Below are positions 52,577 to 64,000 of a DNA stretch of 64,000 nt, piece by piece (the stretch's first letter is position 1; every line of letters begins with the position of its first letter). Where the stretch lies: positions 92,323,539-92,387,538 of the forward strand of contig NC_068988.1 in NCBI RefSeq assembly GCF_001194135.2. The letters are read 5' to 3'. The position numbers were made by a program, and so were the translations under genes. Under the pieces are notes generated by a model. The model was not told the origin of the DNA. It did not search any database and worked only from the letters and a program-made list of their open reading frames with translations. The stretch comes from Octopus bimaculoides. Lineage: Eukaryota.

Positions 52577-53883
52577 CACACACACATATTTTTTTCTTGA
52601 CTGAATATATATATTACTTATTGATGTGTTATTGGTGACTAATTGGCTAACCATTAAAAGGAATTGATGTGGTGAATATGAATTTAGGGTTAAGTTTATC
52701 AAAGCTGTTATATAGGAAATTACATTAACATATCACTTGATTGCTACAACGTGCTACAATATTTCCTCTGACTAAGCAAGACTGCTTGTGTCTTGTGATT
52801 CGTTAAATAATACGAATATATATCTAAACTATTATATCATTCTCATAATTGTTTTACTACAAATTAACTGTGTTATTTATTGGTTTTTGTATTACCATCA
52901 ATGTAAACATAATATATTGTTTTGCCAGAAATAAGAAAACATCCATCTATTTGCCTTGTAATGTTTAGATTTGTCCCTCTGCTTTCTAAGTTTAAGTCTT
53001 TTTTGGTGAGAGAAACTTTGCCTTTCATCTCTCTGAAGTGAATAGAATAATTACCATACATGTATAAGAGACTATACTCACCTATTACAAATTTACTACC
53101 TTCAGGAAACTAAACAACCACTAGATAAGCTACTAATGAAGCAAACACATAAGCCAGATAAATTTGATATACATCAGGAAGTGAGATAGACACCTGGTGA
53201 AGAATATACCAGCAGGAAGTGTGATAGACACCTGGTTATGAATACTAAGCCCTTCCTCAGTGAAGAATGCACCACCCGGTATAGACTAGTCAGCACCAAT
53301 CTCAGGATACGAGTTCAACTGACTCAAAAACACAGAGCAAACTAAAAAAGGAAGGCATGGAAGCTGAAAGATTCCTCAACTAGATGTAAATTCAAGGAAG
53401 TACTGAACAATGTGTAGGATGAGAAGATAGAGCCTTAAAACATAAAGGACACCTGAGAGTTTCTGTGAGATAACCTTCTACTAACTGCAGACCAGACTCC
53501 AGCCTGATGAAAGGTGGTATGATGGTGGAATTGGACAGTATACAAAACCATAAAACTTAAGTGACATGTTTCAGCAGTCCAATTAGCTTAGGCTGGCTCC
53601 AGTTCCTGGGCCACATCTGGATCATTTTAAAACAAGGAATTTTTTATCATAGAATGAAAGGTGATTTTAAGCAAAATCAAACTGGTATCAAAAGGGTTAA
53701 TGTGCTCGCTAACTGCTATTGGTATATTCTAATGTCTCATTGATGGCTGTGGGGTTAAATTGCCTGACTAATATTGCAAGACCTATATAAACAATCGCTG
53801 AGCTCTATAACAACAATAATTTACTGATATCCAACATATTATCCTAATATCTGATATCATGTCTCATGTAAATTCCAGCACTT

Positions 53884-54124
53884 TTAATGCTTTAGCACTG
53901 AAAGTGGCCACATCGTGCCCAAATATTCTACCTGTTTTATTTTCAGTTTGGTCATATCTAACTCCTCACACCTACCTTACAATGTCATTCTGTAAACAAG
54001 CAATACTGCGTTGAAATCTCAAACCTACAAGATAATGCAGGATTAATTCAAAACAATGTGAGTGAACATTACATTTGACAGAGTCATCTGAATACTTAAG
54101 GGTTAGGGTTAGGGTTAGGGTTAA
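53884..54124 (-). mobile_element. TTAA MITE family 1 ending in (AGGGTT)4
   Basis: Reverse-orientation copy ending about 100 bp upstream of the ATG10 acceptor. The terminal AGGGTT is expanded to four units (54099-54122). Confidence 0.8.
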
Positions 54125-54227
54125 TGCATAACTCAAAGTGTCACTATTTAAAAACAGTTGTTCTTTCATGTTCCAGTCACTTCAAATAACTTTGTGACAA
54201 TAGTAAAATTTGATTTTTTGTTTTCAG

Positions 54228-54354
54228 GATTTGGAAGATAGCAACAGTGTTACCTTAGCGGCAACTGATGAAAATGATATTACATGTGACTACCATGTGG
54301 TATACAGTCAGAGTTATGCTGTCCCTGTATTGTACTTCAATATGTACTGGAAAG
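54228..54354 (+). CDS. ATG10: ATG10 (ubiquitin-like-conjugating enzyme) internal coding exon
   Basis: Acceptor ttttttgttttcAG|GAT at 54226-27, donor AAAG|GTacag at 54355. The 127-bp exon reads DLEDSNSVTLAATDENDITCDYHVVYSQSYAVPVLYFNMYWK+G, matching the ATG10/ATG3 motif (E/D)YHVxYSxSYxVPVLYF (human ATG10 EYHVLYSCSYQVPVLYF). Phase 0 in, phase 1 out. Confidence 0.9.
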
Positions 54355-54489
54355 GTACAGTCTCATTAATCTATAGCTATTTCAGTAACTTCCTGCTTCT
54401 CAACATTGACTTGTTTCTTGCATAGTGGGTTGTTATTGTTCTTATTGATGTTGCCATGGCTGTTGCTGGTGTTGTTGCAGTTGATATTG

Positions 54490-54700
54490 GTTTCAAATTT
54501 TAAACTCGGAAGCCAACAATTTTAGAGGAAAGGTAAGTGAAATTCATCAACCCCACTGCTCAACTGGTACTTATTTTATTAACCCCAAAAGGGTGAAAGG
54601 CAAAGTCAACCTCAGTGAAATTTGAACTCAGACTGTAAAGGTGGGCAAAATATCGCTTAGCATTTTGATCATCGTACCAACGGTTCTGCCATCTTGCCAT
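54490..54700 (-). mobile_element. tRNA-derived SINE family C
   Basis: GGTGAAAGGCAAAGTCAACCTCAGTGAAATTTGAACTCAG (reverse complement of the family C core). Confidence 0.78.
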
Positions 54701-55374
54701 CTTATTGTTGCAGTTGATATCATTGTTGTTATTGTTGTTGCCGTTGATATTTTCCCTTGTTCTTCATATTGAATTATATGTTAAATGAGATTTCAAAATA
54801 TAATTACTGTAATCTTTATTGTTAACAGGGGTTCTGATGATTGGTGATAGGGATCCCATTGATTTTCTTGATTGTTAAGATGACCAATAGACCATTTCAA
54901 GAAGATTATTAATATGAAGTTTAATATTTGTCAAAATGGGATCTGGTAGTTGCTAAAATGGGTTTAGTGATTGTTATTATGTGATTGCTACACTCATTAA
55001 CATTGTGTGCCTTGTCATAATCCAATTATCATTAATATAGACTCCACTGATTGTGAATATGGATCCCTTCATTGTCATCATCATATTAATTTTTCCATGC
55101 ATTCATGGGTTCAACGGAATCTGTTGCAGTGGATTTTCTATGGCTGTTTGCTCTTCCTGTCACCATCTCTCACCTGTTTCCAAGTAAGATAATCTTTCTC
55201 CATGACCAAACATGTTTTCTTGGAAGATTGTAAACAAAGGACACCACTTACATTATGGTAAAACTAATTCGACAACTATCATGTGAAGTCAAGGCAAGGA
55301 GACAATAACACACACACACATTATATATATATTTTTGCATATGCATGTGTCATCATTGTCATCATCATCGACAT

Positions 55375-55584
55375 TTAACCCTTTCATTACCAACCTCGAT
55401 GAATACAAATGTCTTGTTTCTATAAGTTTTTAATTAAAATCTTCCACCAAACCTTGGTCGCAATTTATGTTCCTAACACTAGCTGAATGATAACTAAGTT
55501 ATTTTACTAAATTCTTTGTTATATTTAAAGTAATTGAAAGAAACACAGAGCATCTCAAAATAAATACGGTAACGAAAGGGTCAA
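55375..55584. mobile_element. TTAA MITE family 2 inserted into the TTAA of a SINE tail
   Basis: TTAA|CCCTTTCATTACC ... GGTAACGAAAGGG|TCAA. The flanks rejoin as CATCATCGACATTTAACGTCC, the end of the RTE-type tail. Confidence 0.82.
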
Positions 55585-55900
55585 CGTCCACTCTCCATGC
55601 TGGTATGGGTTGGATGGTTTGACTGAGGGCTGGCAAGGCAGAAAGCTGCACCAGGCTCCAATCTAATCTGGCAAAGTATCTACAGCTGGATGCCCTTCCT
55701 AATGCCAACCACTCCGAGAGTGTAGTGGGTGCTTTTTATGTGCCACCAGCATGAGGGCCAGCCCGGCGGTACTGGCATCGACCATGGTTAAATGGTGATT
55801 TTTATGTGCCACTGGCATGGGACCAGTCAGGCGACACTGGCATCAACCACACTCGAATGGTGCTCTTTAGGTGTCACTGGCACGAGTGCCAGTCAGGTGG
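55585..55900 (-). mobile_element. RTE-tail non-autonomous retroelement (family B)
   Basis: CGTCCACTCTCCATGCTGGTATGGGTTGGATGG... Truncates the left end of the maT copy at 55905. Confidence 0.82.
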
Positions 55901-55904
55901 CACT

Positions 55905-56372
55905 GTCTTTGAGAAAAACAGCACCATGATGCAATTCACTCCACCAGAAATTTGGAAATGACGTGTTGTACTGCTTGGCATTCGCGCCAGAAACTCCAAT
56001 GCAAATATTTCAGAGTGTTTGGGTTTCTGTTTGAGGACAGTGCAATCTGAGGACATGTACCGAGAGTGATAAGTCAAATATCCAGTCAATATCATGGTGT
56101 TTGGAGTGATCGCTAGTGATGGTGATGTTGTGCCTCCATTCATTTTCTCAAACAGCCTCATACTCAATATGAAGGCCTACATCAAGTGCTTGGAGGAGCT
56201 AGTGCTGCTCTGGGTGAAGAGGGTGGCTGCTGGAAGACCCTATGTCTGGCAACAGGACCCTGCACCATGCCACACTAGCAGGAGAACCCAGTCATGGCTG
56301 TCAGACAATTTCTGTGACCGCATCACCCCTAACATCTGGCCATCTAACTCCCCAGACTACAGTCTCTTTGAT
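55905..56372 (+). mobile_element. maT (DD37D) deletion derivative, second copy
   Basis: MVFGVIASDGDVVPPFIFSNSLILNMKAYIKCLEELVLLWVKRVAAGRPYVWQQDPAPCHTSRRTQSWLSDNFCDRITPNIWPSNSPDYSLFD: 37 residues lie between the QD and final D. Same internal deletion junction as the 24279 copy. Confidence 0.9.
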
Positions 56373-56373
56373 T

Positions 56374-56668
56374 GATATTGACTGGATGTTTGATTTTTAT
56401 CACTCTTGGTACATGTTTTGGGGACACAGCAAGCAAACGGTTGTTCTGTGTGTTCACCATTTGTTCATATTGGAGCTTCTAGCATGAATGCCAAGCAGTA
56501 GAGCATGTTGTTTCCAAATTTCTGGTCGAGTGAATTGCATCAGGGTGCTGTTTTCCTCACAGATGGTGCCCAACTGACCCTAATATACTGTGTAGTCGAC
56601 AAAATCAAAAACAAACAATGCACATGCACAAAATTAAAAATAGAAATTGGTGACAATTTACCCATCAC
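56374..56668 (-). mobile_element. inverted 5' end of the same maT family
   Basis: Reverse complement matches the left end of the 24279 copy (GATGGGTAAATTGTCACC...GGGTCAGTTGGGCACC...AAACAGCACC), with a different deletion (QMVNTQNNRLLAVSPKHVPRVIKIKHPVNI). Confidence 0.85.
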
Positions 56669-56673
56669 ACACA

Positions 56674-56713
<40 letters not shown>

Positions 56714-57479
56714 ATGTCAGCACCTATAGGTCTATTAATTGTTGATACTGGAACCAGTGATTTTAAATTAGATGATCTTTTAATTATTATGGTTTAGCGA
56801 TTGTTTATATGAGACCTATGGTCAGTAATATGAGGACCAGTGATTCTTTATATGGACTATAATGATAATGTAATAATATACAATAATGAAAGATATTAGT
56901 GATATACTGTAAGGATTGATAGTAGTAATAGTACTATTAATGTTGGATGACAATAATATATAGTAATAATAATGGATTAGGGATAGACAATAATGATTGA
57001 TTGTAAGGATATTAGTAGTAAGGATTGATAGTAATGACAGTACTATAATGTTGGATGGCAATGATATACAGTAATGGCACCAGATTAGGGATAGAAGGTA
57101 ATGACCGATAGTTAGGATAGACTTGAAAATTCGATTGTGATGAAAGACGGTAATGACACACTTTCATAATTTCTAACATAAGTACTACTTGACTGGTGCT
57201 TAATTTTGACCTATGAATGGATGAAAGGCAAAGCTGATCTTGGTGAGTTTTGAACTCAAATTGTAAAGAGCAAGAATAAATACCACACAGCATTTTGTTC
57301 AGTGCTCTAATAATTATCCCAGGCTACTATCTTGATAATAGTCTGTAATGATATTCTTTAATAATATACAGTAATGATAGACTTTAAACATAAACAGTAA
57401 TAATAGCCTGTAATGATAGGCAGTCACAAAATTAAAAGCAGTGAGTTATGACAATTGTAATAAATTTATCTCCTACAGA

Positions 57480-57672
57480 CACAAAGCTAGTAATTTAAGA
57501 GGAAGGGAAAAACTGAGACCACTGACCTCAGTACTTGACTAGAGCTTTATTTTATTGACCCCCTCAAACAATGAAAGGTACAGTCAACCTCAGTGGAATT
57601 TGAACTCAGTATGTAAAGCTGTAAAAAATGCATTTTGTCCAGCATGCTAACAATTCTACCAGCTCACCACCT
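57480..57672 (-). mobile_element. tRNA-derived SINE family C
   Basis: AGTCAACCTCAGTGGAATTTGAACTCAG...TACCAGCTCACCACCTTA. Confidence 0.78.
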
Positions 57673-58204
57673 TACGATAACTGCAATAATAGAATGTAAT
57701 GATAGGCAGTAATAATATTCCATAATAATATACAGTAATGATAGACTTAAAAGACAGACTGTAGTAACAGCCTGTAATGATAGATAGTAATGACAGACAG
57801 CCATGAAACTAGAAACAGAGAGTTATGATGACTGGAATAATAGAATGTAATGACAGACAGTCATGATAAGCTGTAATAGGAGACTGCAATAATAAGTGAA
57901 GGAAATAGAATACGCAAGGAACAGATGACGAATATCAATTAAAAACTTAACAAAATATTTTGTCACAAAAGTTTATTTTTCTTTTGTCATTAATAGATTT
58001 TCACTGAGTGTAAATCTGTTTAAATTAAGCTGCTTCTGCTCATGAAATCTCTCAAATTTATGGTTTTGTTATCTTGAGTGTATTAATGAATATTAGTTTT
58101 TAGTATCCTTATTACACTGTCTAATTGAATACTGTCAATTGCTTGTTAGTTAAACATATCAGTTTTAGTATTTCTGTTCTTTCAATTGAAGATGTTGATT
58201 ACTA

Positions 58205-58235
<31 letters not shown>

Positions 58236-58597
58236 CACCAATACTCAAAATGTGTAGCCATTATAACTATTATTTTATATGGGGCAGTGGATTGGCAGAA
58301 TTGGTAGAGTATTTGGTGATATGTATGTATTGTAATTTTCATTTTATGATGCCTGACATTCTGAGTTCAAATCTTGTTGGGTTCAATTTAGTTTTACGTC
58401 CTTCTGAGGTTTGATGAAACAAACACTAGTCAAGTACAGCAAGGCTCATGTATGCACATAGTCTTAGGTCATATTTGTCATGATGTCAAGCAAAGGAAAG
58501 AGGATGCATTTGAATGAACCCCAGAAATCAGATATCATTGCTAAGCTGGCCTTTGAAGTACTTTATCAATGCTCATCAATGTTGCTGTAGAATAAAT

Positions 58598-58965
58598 CAT
58601 CATCATCATCGTTTAACATCCGCTTTCCATGCTAGCATGGGTTGGATGATTTGATTGTGGACTGGTGAACCAGATGGCTACACCAGGCTCCAATCTGATT
58701 TGGCAGAGTTTCTACAGCTGGATGCCCTTCTTAATGCCAGCCACTCTGAGAGTGTAGTGGGTGCTTTTATGTGCCACCAGCACGAAGGCCAGTCATACGG
58801 TACTGGCAACGGCAATGCTCAAAATGGTGTATTTTACGTGCCACCTGCACAGGAGCCAGTCCAGCGGCACTGGCACGATCTCAGTCGAATGTCTTTACAC
58901 GTGCCAGGAAGGCGACGCTGGGCACAGGTGCCATCACGATTTCACTTTCGCCTGCCCCAACAGGT
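58598..58965 (-). mobile_element. RTE-tail non-autonomous retroelement (family B)
   Basis: High similarity to 23868-24250. Confidence 0.85.
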
Positions 58966-59129
58966 GTAAAGACATTTGACTGAGATCGTGCCATACAATG
59001 GAAGGGCTGAAGAGTCACCATTGCTGGGTTGTGGTTAAAACATCAGATGGTTTTGATCTGGCCTTGATTATAGCTTCTGATACTAACTTTTATAAGCCCT
59101 AATACTATGTATTATGTCCTGCATTACTA

Positions 59130-59357
59130 TTAACCCTTTAGCGTTCAGATTAATTTGGCAAAAAAAAACCTTATTTATTCACATTTAAAAAAATTTATCT
59201 GATATTATTTTGTAGCTTCAAGATAGGAAAGATGTAATTGCTTATTTTTAGAATGACATTGTAGGGTAGGTGTGAGAGGCTGGTTCTGGCCAGTTTGAGC
59301 ATAAAATGTGTAGAATATCTGGGCCGGATACAGCCGGTTTAAACACTAAAGGGTTAA
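59130..59357 (+). mobile_element. TTAA MITE family 1
   Basis: TTAA|CCCTTTAGCGTT ... AACACTAAAGGG|TTAA. Confidence 0.88.
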
Positions 59358-60329
59358 AGCTCACAATACTATGTAGTATAGATTCCAGTGCTTATGTGAC
59401 TACAATACTATGTGTCATAGCCTCCAATACTAAATATTATAGCCACCTATACTAAATATTAATGCCTTCGGACCTATTATTGCCTCCACTATCACGTCCT
59501 CAAGTACAGACAGTTACAGCCAATGCTAACTATTACATTCTCTAATACTAACTACATAGCTCTCCCAGTACTATTATAACCTTCACCACAAACAATTGCA
59601 TCCTCCACCACTAACTGTTATAATCTACACTACAAACTATTACACCCTCCAATACTAACTATTACAACATCCAATAGTAACTATTACAATCTTCAATACT
59701 TTTGCATCCTCCAATATTATCTATTATAACCTTCACTACTGAATATTATATCCTCCAATACTAACTATTACATCCTCCACAACAATTAGCCTCTGATGGT
59801 AACATCCAATTCTAACCATTATAATCTATACTAACTACTGTATAGTACTTGACCTTCTAGGAATAGCAATGCTCTACTGTCCCTTAAAAGAAGGGAAGGA
59901 CACATTGGTGGATGTCGTCTGAGATATACTGTAGTGGTAAAGAAAGGGTAATCATGTTTACGATGCATTTCATCACAGATTTATTAGTACTAAGCAGAGT
60001 TAAACTGAAAATTTAGAAAAAAAGAAAAAGCTAAAAGAAAAATCAATTAAAAGCGATTTGACTTTGAGAAAGAGGATGCATAAGATTTCTGAAGGTATGA
60101 GATGTGAATGAAATTAACACCTGTGATAATCTTCAACTGATGACCTACCTGTCAAATAGTGGTGAAAAGTGAGCAGGAAAAATGGAAGACAGATGGTTGC
60201 TTGTTTTGCAATTGTGTTTAGTATCCAGTGAACAAATTTGACATGAAGGCAGGGAAGTTGTGTAGCAGTTGGAGAGGAATGTAGAATGTGCTGAATGTAA
60301 TCTGTTGGAAGATGGACAGCATTACATGT

Positions 60330-61975
60330 TCAGGTTGATTAAAGTAGGCATCTATGATATTTATACAGTGGTATCCAACTGTGATATTGCATACAGTGAT
60401 ATCCATCTGTGGTATTGTATATTGTAACATATGTGGTATTGTTATACAGTGATATCTTTGATATTGTATGGAGTAACATATGTGTGATATTCTATACAGG
60501 AAAATCTGTGTGATATTATATACAGTGACATCTGTGTATACAGTGATATCTGTAATTCTGTAATATTTAATAAAGTGATATGTGTGATATATACAGACGT
60601 ACACTCTGATGCTATATGCAGAGACATACATCTGTAATATTGTATACAGTGATATCTGTGAGATTGTATAAAGTGAAACCTGTGATATATTGAGTCATCC
60701 TATAAATAATGCAGTTTTTTCAATTGCATGAACTAAAAGTTGGAAGGAGACGGGATAAACTACCTGCATCAACTTGCTATAAACGCAGGTAGTAATTTTA
60801 TCATGTACTTATTCATAGTGCAAGTTATGAAGAGTGCAGTTCGATTTTAACAGTTATTTTTTCAAAGCTATAATGGAAGTAACAAAGGAACATATTCGGC
60901 ATATTTTACTTTATGAGTTCAATAAAGGCAACAAAGCAACGGAAAGTGCGAGGAATATTAATACAGTATTTAGGGATCGGACATTAAGTGTAAGCCAGTG
61001 TCAACGGTGGTTCCGGAATTCAGAGCCGGAAACTACAACCTAGAAGACGAGCCTCAACCTGGAAGATCTGTAGAATTTGACGAGGACGTCCTGCAAATCC
61101 TGGTGGAACAAAATTCCATCGTAACTGTTGAGGAACTAACAGAGAAGCTTGGATTTGGTCATTCAACCATTCATCGACACCTGTGTGCCATCAGAAAAGT
61201 TAGCAAATCGGGTCAATGGGTTCCTCACAAACTTTCCAAGTCTAATCGCATGCAGAGAGTGAATGTGTGTTCTTCTTTGCTGTCACATCTCACAAATGAA
61301 CCTGTTTTGGACCGAATTGTGACTGATGATAAGAAATGGGTTCTCTATAAAAATGTCAAGTGCCAAAGGCAGTGGGTAGGGAAAGGAGAAACACTGGCAC
61401 CTCAGGCTAAAGAAGGTCTTCACACATGTAAAGTGTTGTTGTCTGTTTGGTGGGATATGAAAGGTTTAGTCTACTTAGAACTTTTAAACCTAAACCAAAC
61501 GATAACAAAGGAGATCTACTGTGAGCTGCTTGAGTGGCTTAAGTCAGTGCTAGAAGAAAAACGACCATCTTTGGTTTCAAGATGAAGGGTGTTCTTCCTT
61601 CAGGATGATGCTCAACCACATACATGACATTCCAAAGACTGGAGCAATTTGAATGGGAAACGATGCCCTACCCACCATATTTACCGGACATTGCCCCATC
61701 TGATTATCATTTATTCCGCACTCTTCAAAATCATTTGGACAGAAAATATATGAATTCTGTAGATGAGGTCAGAACAGTACTGGAGGAGTATTTTTCATCA
61801 CAAACAAGTGAATATTGGAAGAGGGGCCTTATAAAAAAAAAACATTATTTATGGGATGACCCAATACATACATCTCTGATGTTATATACAAAGACGTACA
61901 TCTGTGATATTGTATACAAGGCTATCTGTGATACTGTATACAACAACGTCTGTGATATTGTATACTATAATAATA
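60330..61975. repeat. degenerate ~23-bp minisatellite (ATCTGTGATATTGTATACAGTGAT) split by the mariner insertion
   Basis: Units at ~60330-60689 and ~61865-61975 on both sides of the TA-flanked mariner. Confidence 0.75.
60690..61864 (+). mobile_element. near full-length mariner (DD34D) transposon, inactivated
   Basis: TIRs TTGAGTCATCCTATAAATAATG / CATTATTTATGGGATGACCCAA with TA at 60688-89 and 61865-66. Encodes MEVTKEHIRHILLYEFNKG, WVPHKL, IVTDDKKW, FLQDDAQPH and YLPDIAPSDYHLF, with frameshifts. Confidence 0.95.
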
Positions 61976-62686
61976 TAGGGGCATATAATGTAAGTGGATG
62001 ATGTATACTGGGTGATAAAAGTGGATTGAGATGTTGATAGACAGTTACATGTAGTGAAGTTCATCGTTGTTTAGCTTCAGGTCAGCCTCGATTGAGCAGA
62101 TAGAGCTATGAGCAAAAGCATTCCCGCCATGACCAACCATCTTTTTCTCAGGTAGTGTGCCTCCAAGACTATGCTATCCAATGTGTCCTTCTCACTTCAA
62201 GATGGAGAAGTTTGACATGTTGGGAAATTTGGCTGCTATCTTCGGCAGGTAAAGTGACCATACTAAAATTCCATTATTGTCTCATAGTATAGAGTTCTTA
62301 GATGTTGAACTAAAGGCTTCAAAGGTTTTATGGACAGAATAATGTGGTGATGAGGAGACTGGTAGTGTTGATGAAGGTGAAGATGGTGATGATAATGATG
62401 ATGATGCCTTTGAAGTTTAGAATATTTGAGTGTTATAGCTAATATAGAATAAGAGTTATGAGGGAAAGTTGTGGTATCCTCTATCTTTTATTTTTATCTT
62501 TTACTTGTTTCAATCATTGGACTGTGGCCATGTTGGAGCACTGCCTTGTAGGGTTTAGTTGAACAAATCAATCCCAGTATTTTATTTTTGAGCCTGGTAC
62601 TTATTATATGGATGAGTTTTGCCAAATCACTAAATTATGGGAACATAAAATGACAACATTGGTTGTCAAGTGGTGGTCGTGGGGAT

Positions 62687-62734
<48 letters not shown>

Positions 62735-63044
62735 CCTTCTTTTAGTTTCTGTCTATCATATCCACTCACAAAACTTTGGTCAACTTGAGTCTATAGTAGA
62801 AGAGACTTGCCCAAAGTGCTGTATAGTGGGACTGAACCCAAGATCACATGGTTGGGAACCAAGCTTGTTAACTACTTAACCACGACTGCTTTAGCTTTTG
62901 ATGAGTGTTAGGAAGGGCATCCAGCTGTAAAAACAGACAAAAGTCTGGTGCAGGCTTATGCCTAGCCAGTTCCTGGGAAACCATCCTGACCCATGCCAGC
63001 GTGGAAGGTGGACGTTAAATGATGATGATGATGATGATGATGAT

Positions 63045-63265
63045 ATTGGTTTCATATTTTGACACAAGGCCAGCACTTTCTGGGAAGAGGGTAAATTGAT
63101 TATATTGACTCCAGTGCTCAACTGGTACATATTTTATCAACCCAGAAAGGACAAAAGTCAAAGTCGACCTTGTTGTAATTTGAACTCAGAACATAAAGGC
63201 AGATGAAATGCTGCTAAGCATGTTTGCCTGGGATGCTAACGGTTCTGCTAACTTGGCACCTTGAG
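63045..63265 (-). mobile_element. tRNA-derived SINE family C
   Basis: AAAAGTCAAAGTCGACCTTGTTGTAATTTGAACTCAGAAC...GCTAAGCAT. Confidence 0.78.
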
Positions 63266-64000
63266 TGATGAGATAACATTGATAGTTTATTGTGTGGTGT
63301 ATGTAATTGGAGACAGGTGCAGAACTAGAGAACCCTTTTGATTTTGGTATAAACAACAAAAACCTGAAGTGTCAATTCAGGCAGCAAGGGTGCTACATGT
63401 GACAGGTGGACCTTTAACTCTCCATTAGAGGTTCACTTCAGATTAGCCAATTACAATTGAAGCCATTTAATCAAGAAGGTTTTTCCATCCTTTCACAAAT
63501 AACGGCTGTGAAACCTTTAACTTCCAATTAGGATTTCAACACCTTATTGTCTGCCATCCATATCAGTGTGGTGCTACATTCATTATGTGACTGTAAGGGA
63601 ACTTCAGCTGTTTGTTTAGGATAATTGATGCCTGTCTATAGAGGAATACATTGACTTAATGGTCCAATCAGTCTCAAATGTCCAGTCATTAAGTGAGAGG
63701 CTAATTCAGTTAGAAATAATGTTATTAATGGTGGTTACATACTCATTGATGATATTTGACATAAAAATTTTTTTTTCCTAAATGTTATCTAGGGAGCAGT
63801 AAAAGCAATGATTTAAGGAAATCATTTAAAAATTATAAGCAATCAACAAACAATGCACACAAGTGTGGATGTGTGGTAACAAGTTTGCTTCCCAACTACA
63901 TGGTTTCGGGTTCAGTCCCCTGTTTGGCACTTTGGAAAAGTGTTTTCTGCTATAGCCCCAGGCCAACTCAATCCTTGTGAGTGGATTTGGTTAACAGAAA

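Noticed and set aside
52905-53037. minus-strand exon-like segment (EMKGKVSLTKKDLNLESRG...)
   Set aside because: No recognisable homology; such signals arise by chance in AT-rich DNA.
53170-53250. 38-bp tandem duplication CAGGAAGTGAGATAGACACCTGGT (similar duplications at 13010-13050, 27830-27875 and 42816-42846)
   Set aside because: Only two copies with no unique spacers; ordinary local duplications, not a CRISPR-like array.
58478-58590. MMSSKGKRMHLNEPQKSDIIAKL, resembling a pogo/Tigger HTH start
   Set aside because: Too short, with no TIR or continuation; not callable.

Overview
AT-rich, CpG-depleted animal genomic DNA, very probably an octopod cephalopod (inferred from a 16S mitochondrial insertion and the SINE/MITE families), with three N-gaps that are each flanked by microsatellites. 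The window is almost entirely intronic. The only host gene I can support is ATG10 (autophagy E2-like enzyme, + strand): a confident exon at 54228-54354 (DYHVVYSQSYAVPVLYF) and a probable upstream in-frame exon at 23159-23260, separated by a ~31 kb intron. The first coding exon and the catalytic HPC exons were not found. The rest is decayed mobile DNA: mariner (DD34D) and maT (DD37D) transposons including fold-back derivatives, TTAA (piggyBac-like), hAT-like and long-TIR MITEs, Tx1/L1, RTE and RLE-type LINE fragments, two Penelope-like elements, several tRNA-derived SINE families, and micro/minisatellites. Best leads: (1) a Penelope-like 3' end that carries a tRNA-like Pol III head followed by a hammerhead-ribozyme-like core, present as an inverted pair; (2) a 16S NUMT inserted inside a MITE, next to a telomere-repeat seed; (3) (TTAGGG)n seeds growing from AGGGTT transposon ends; (4) many long inverted repeats, including a MITE pair bracketing the ATG10 exon, that could form dsRNA or circRNA substrates. 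No prokaryotic features, CRISPR arrays or intact transposon ORFs were seen. Most ORFs in the supplied track are microsatellite or SINE artefacts. Repeat boundaries are approximate unless a TSD/TIR is quoted.
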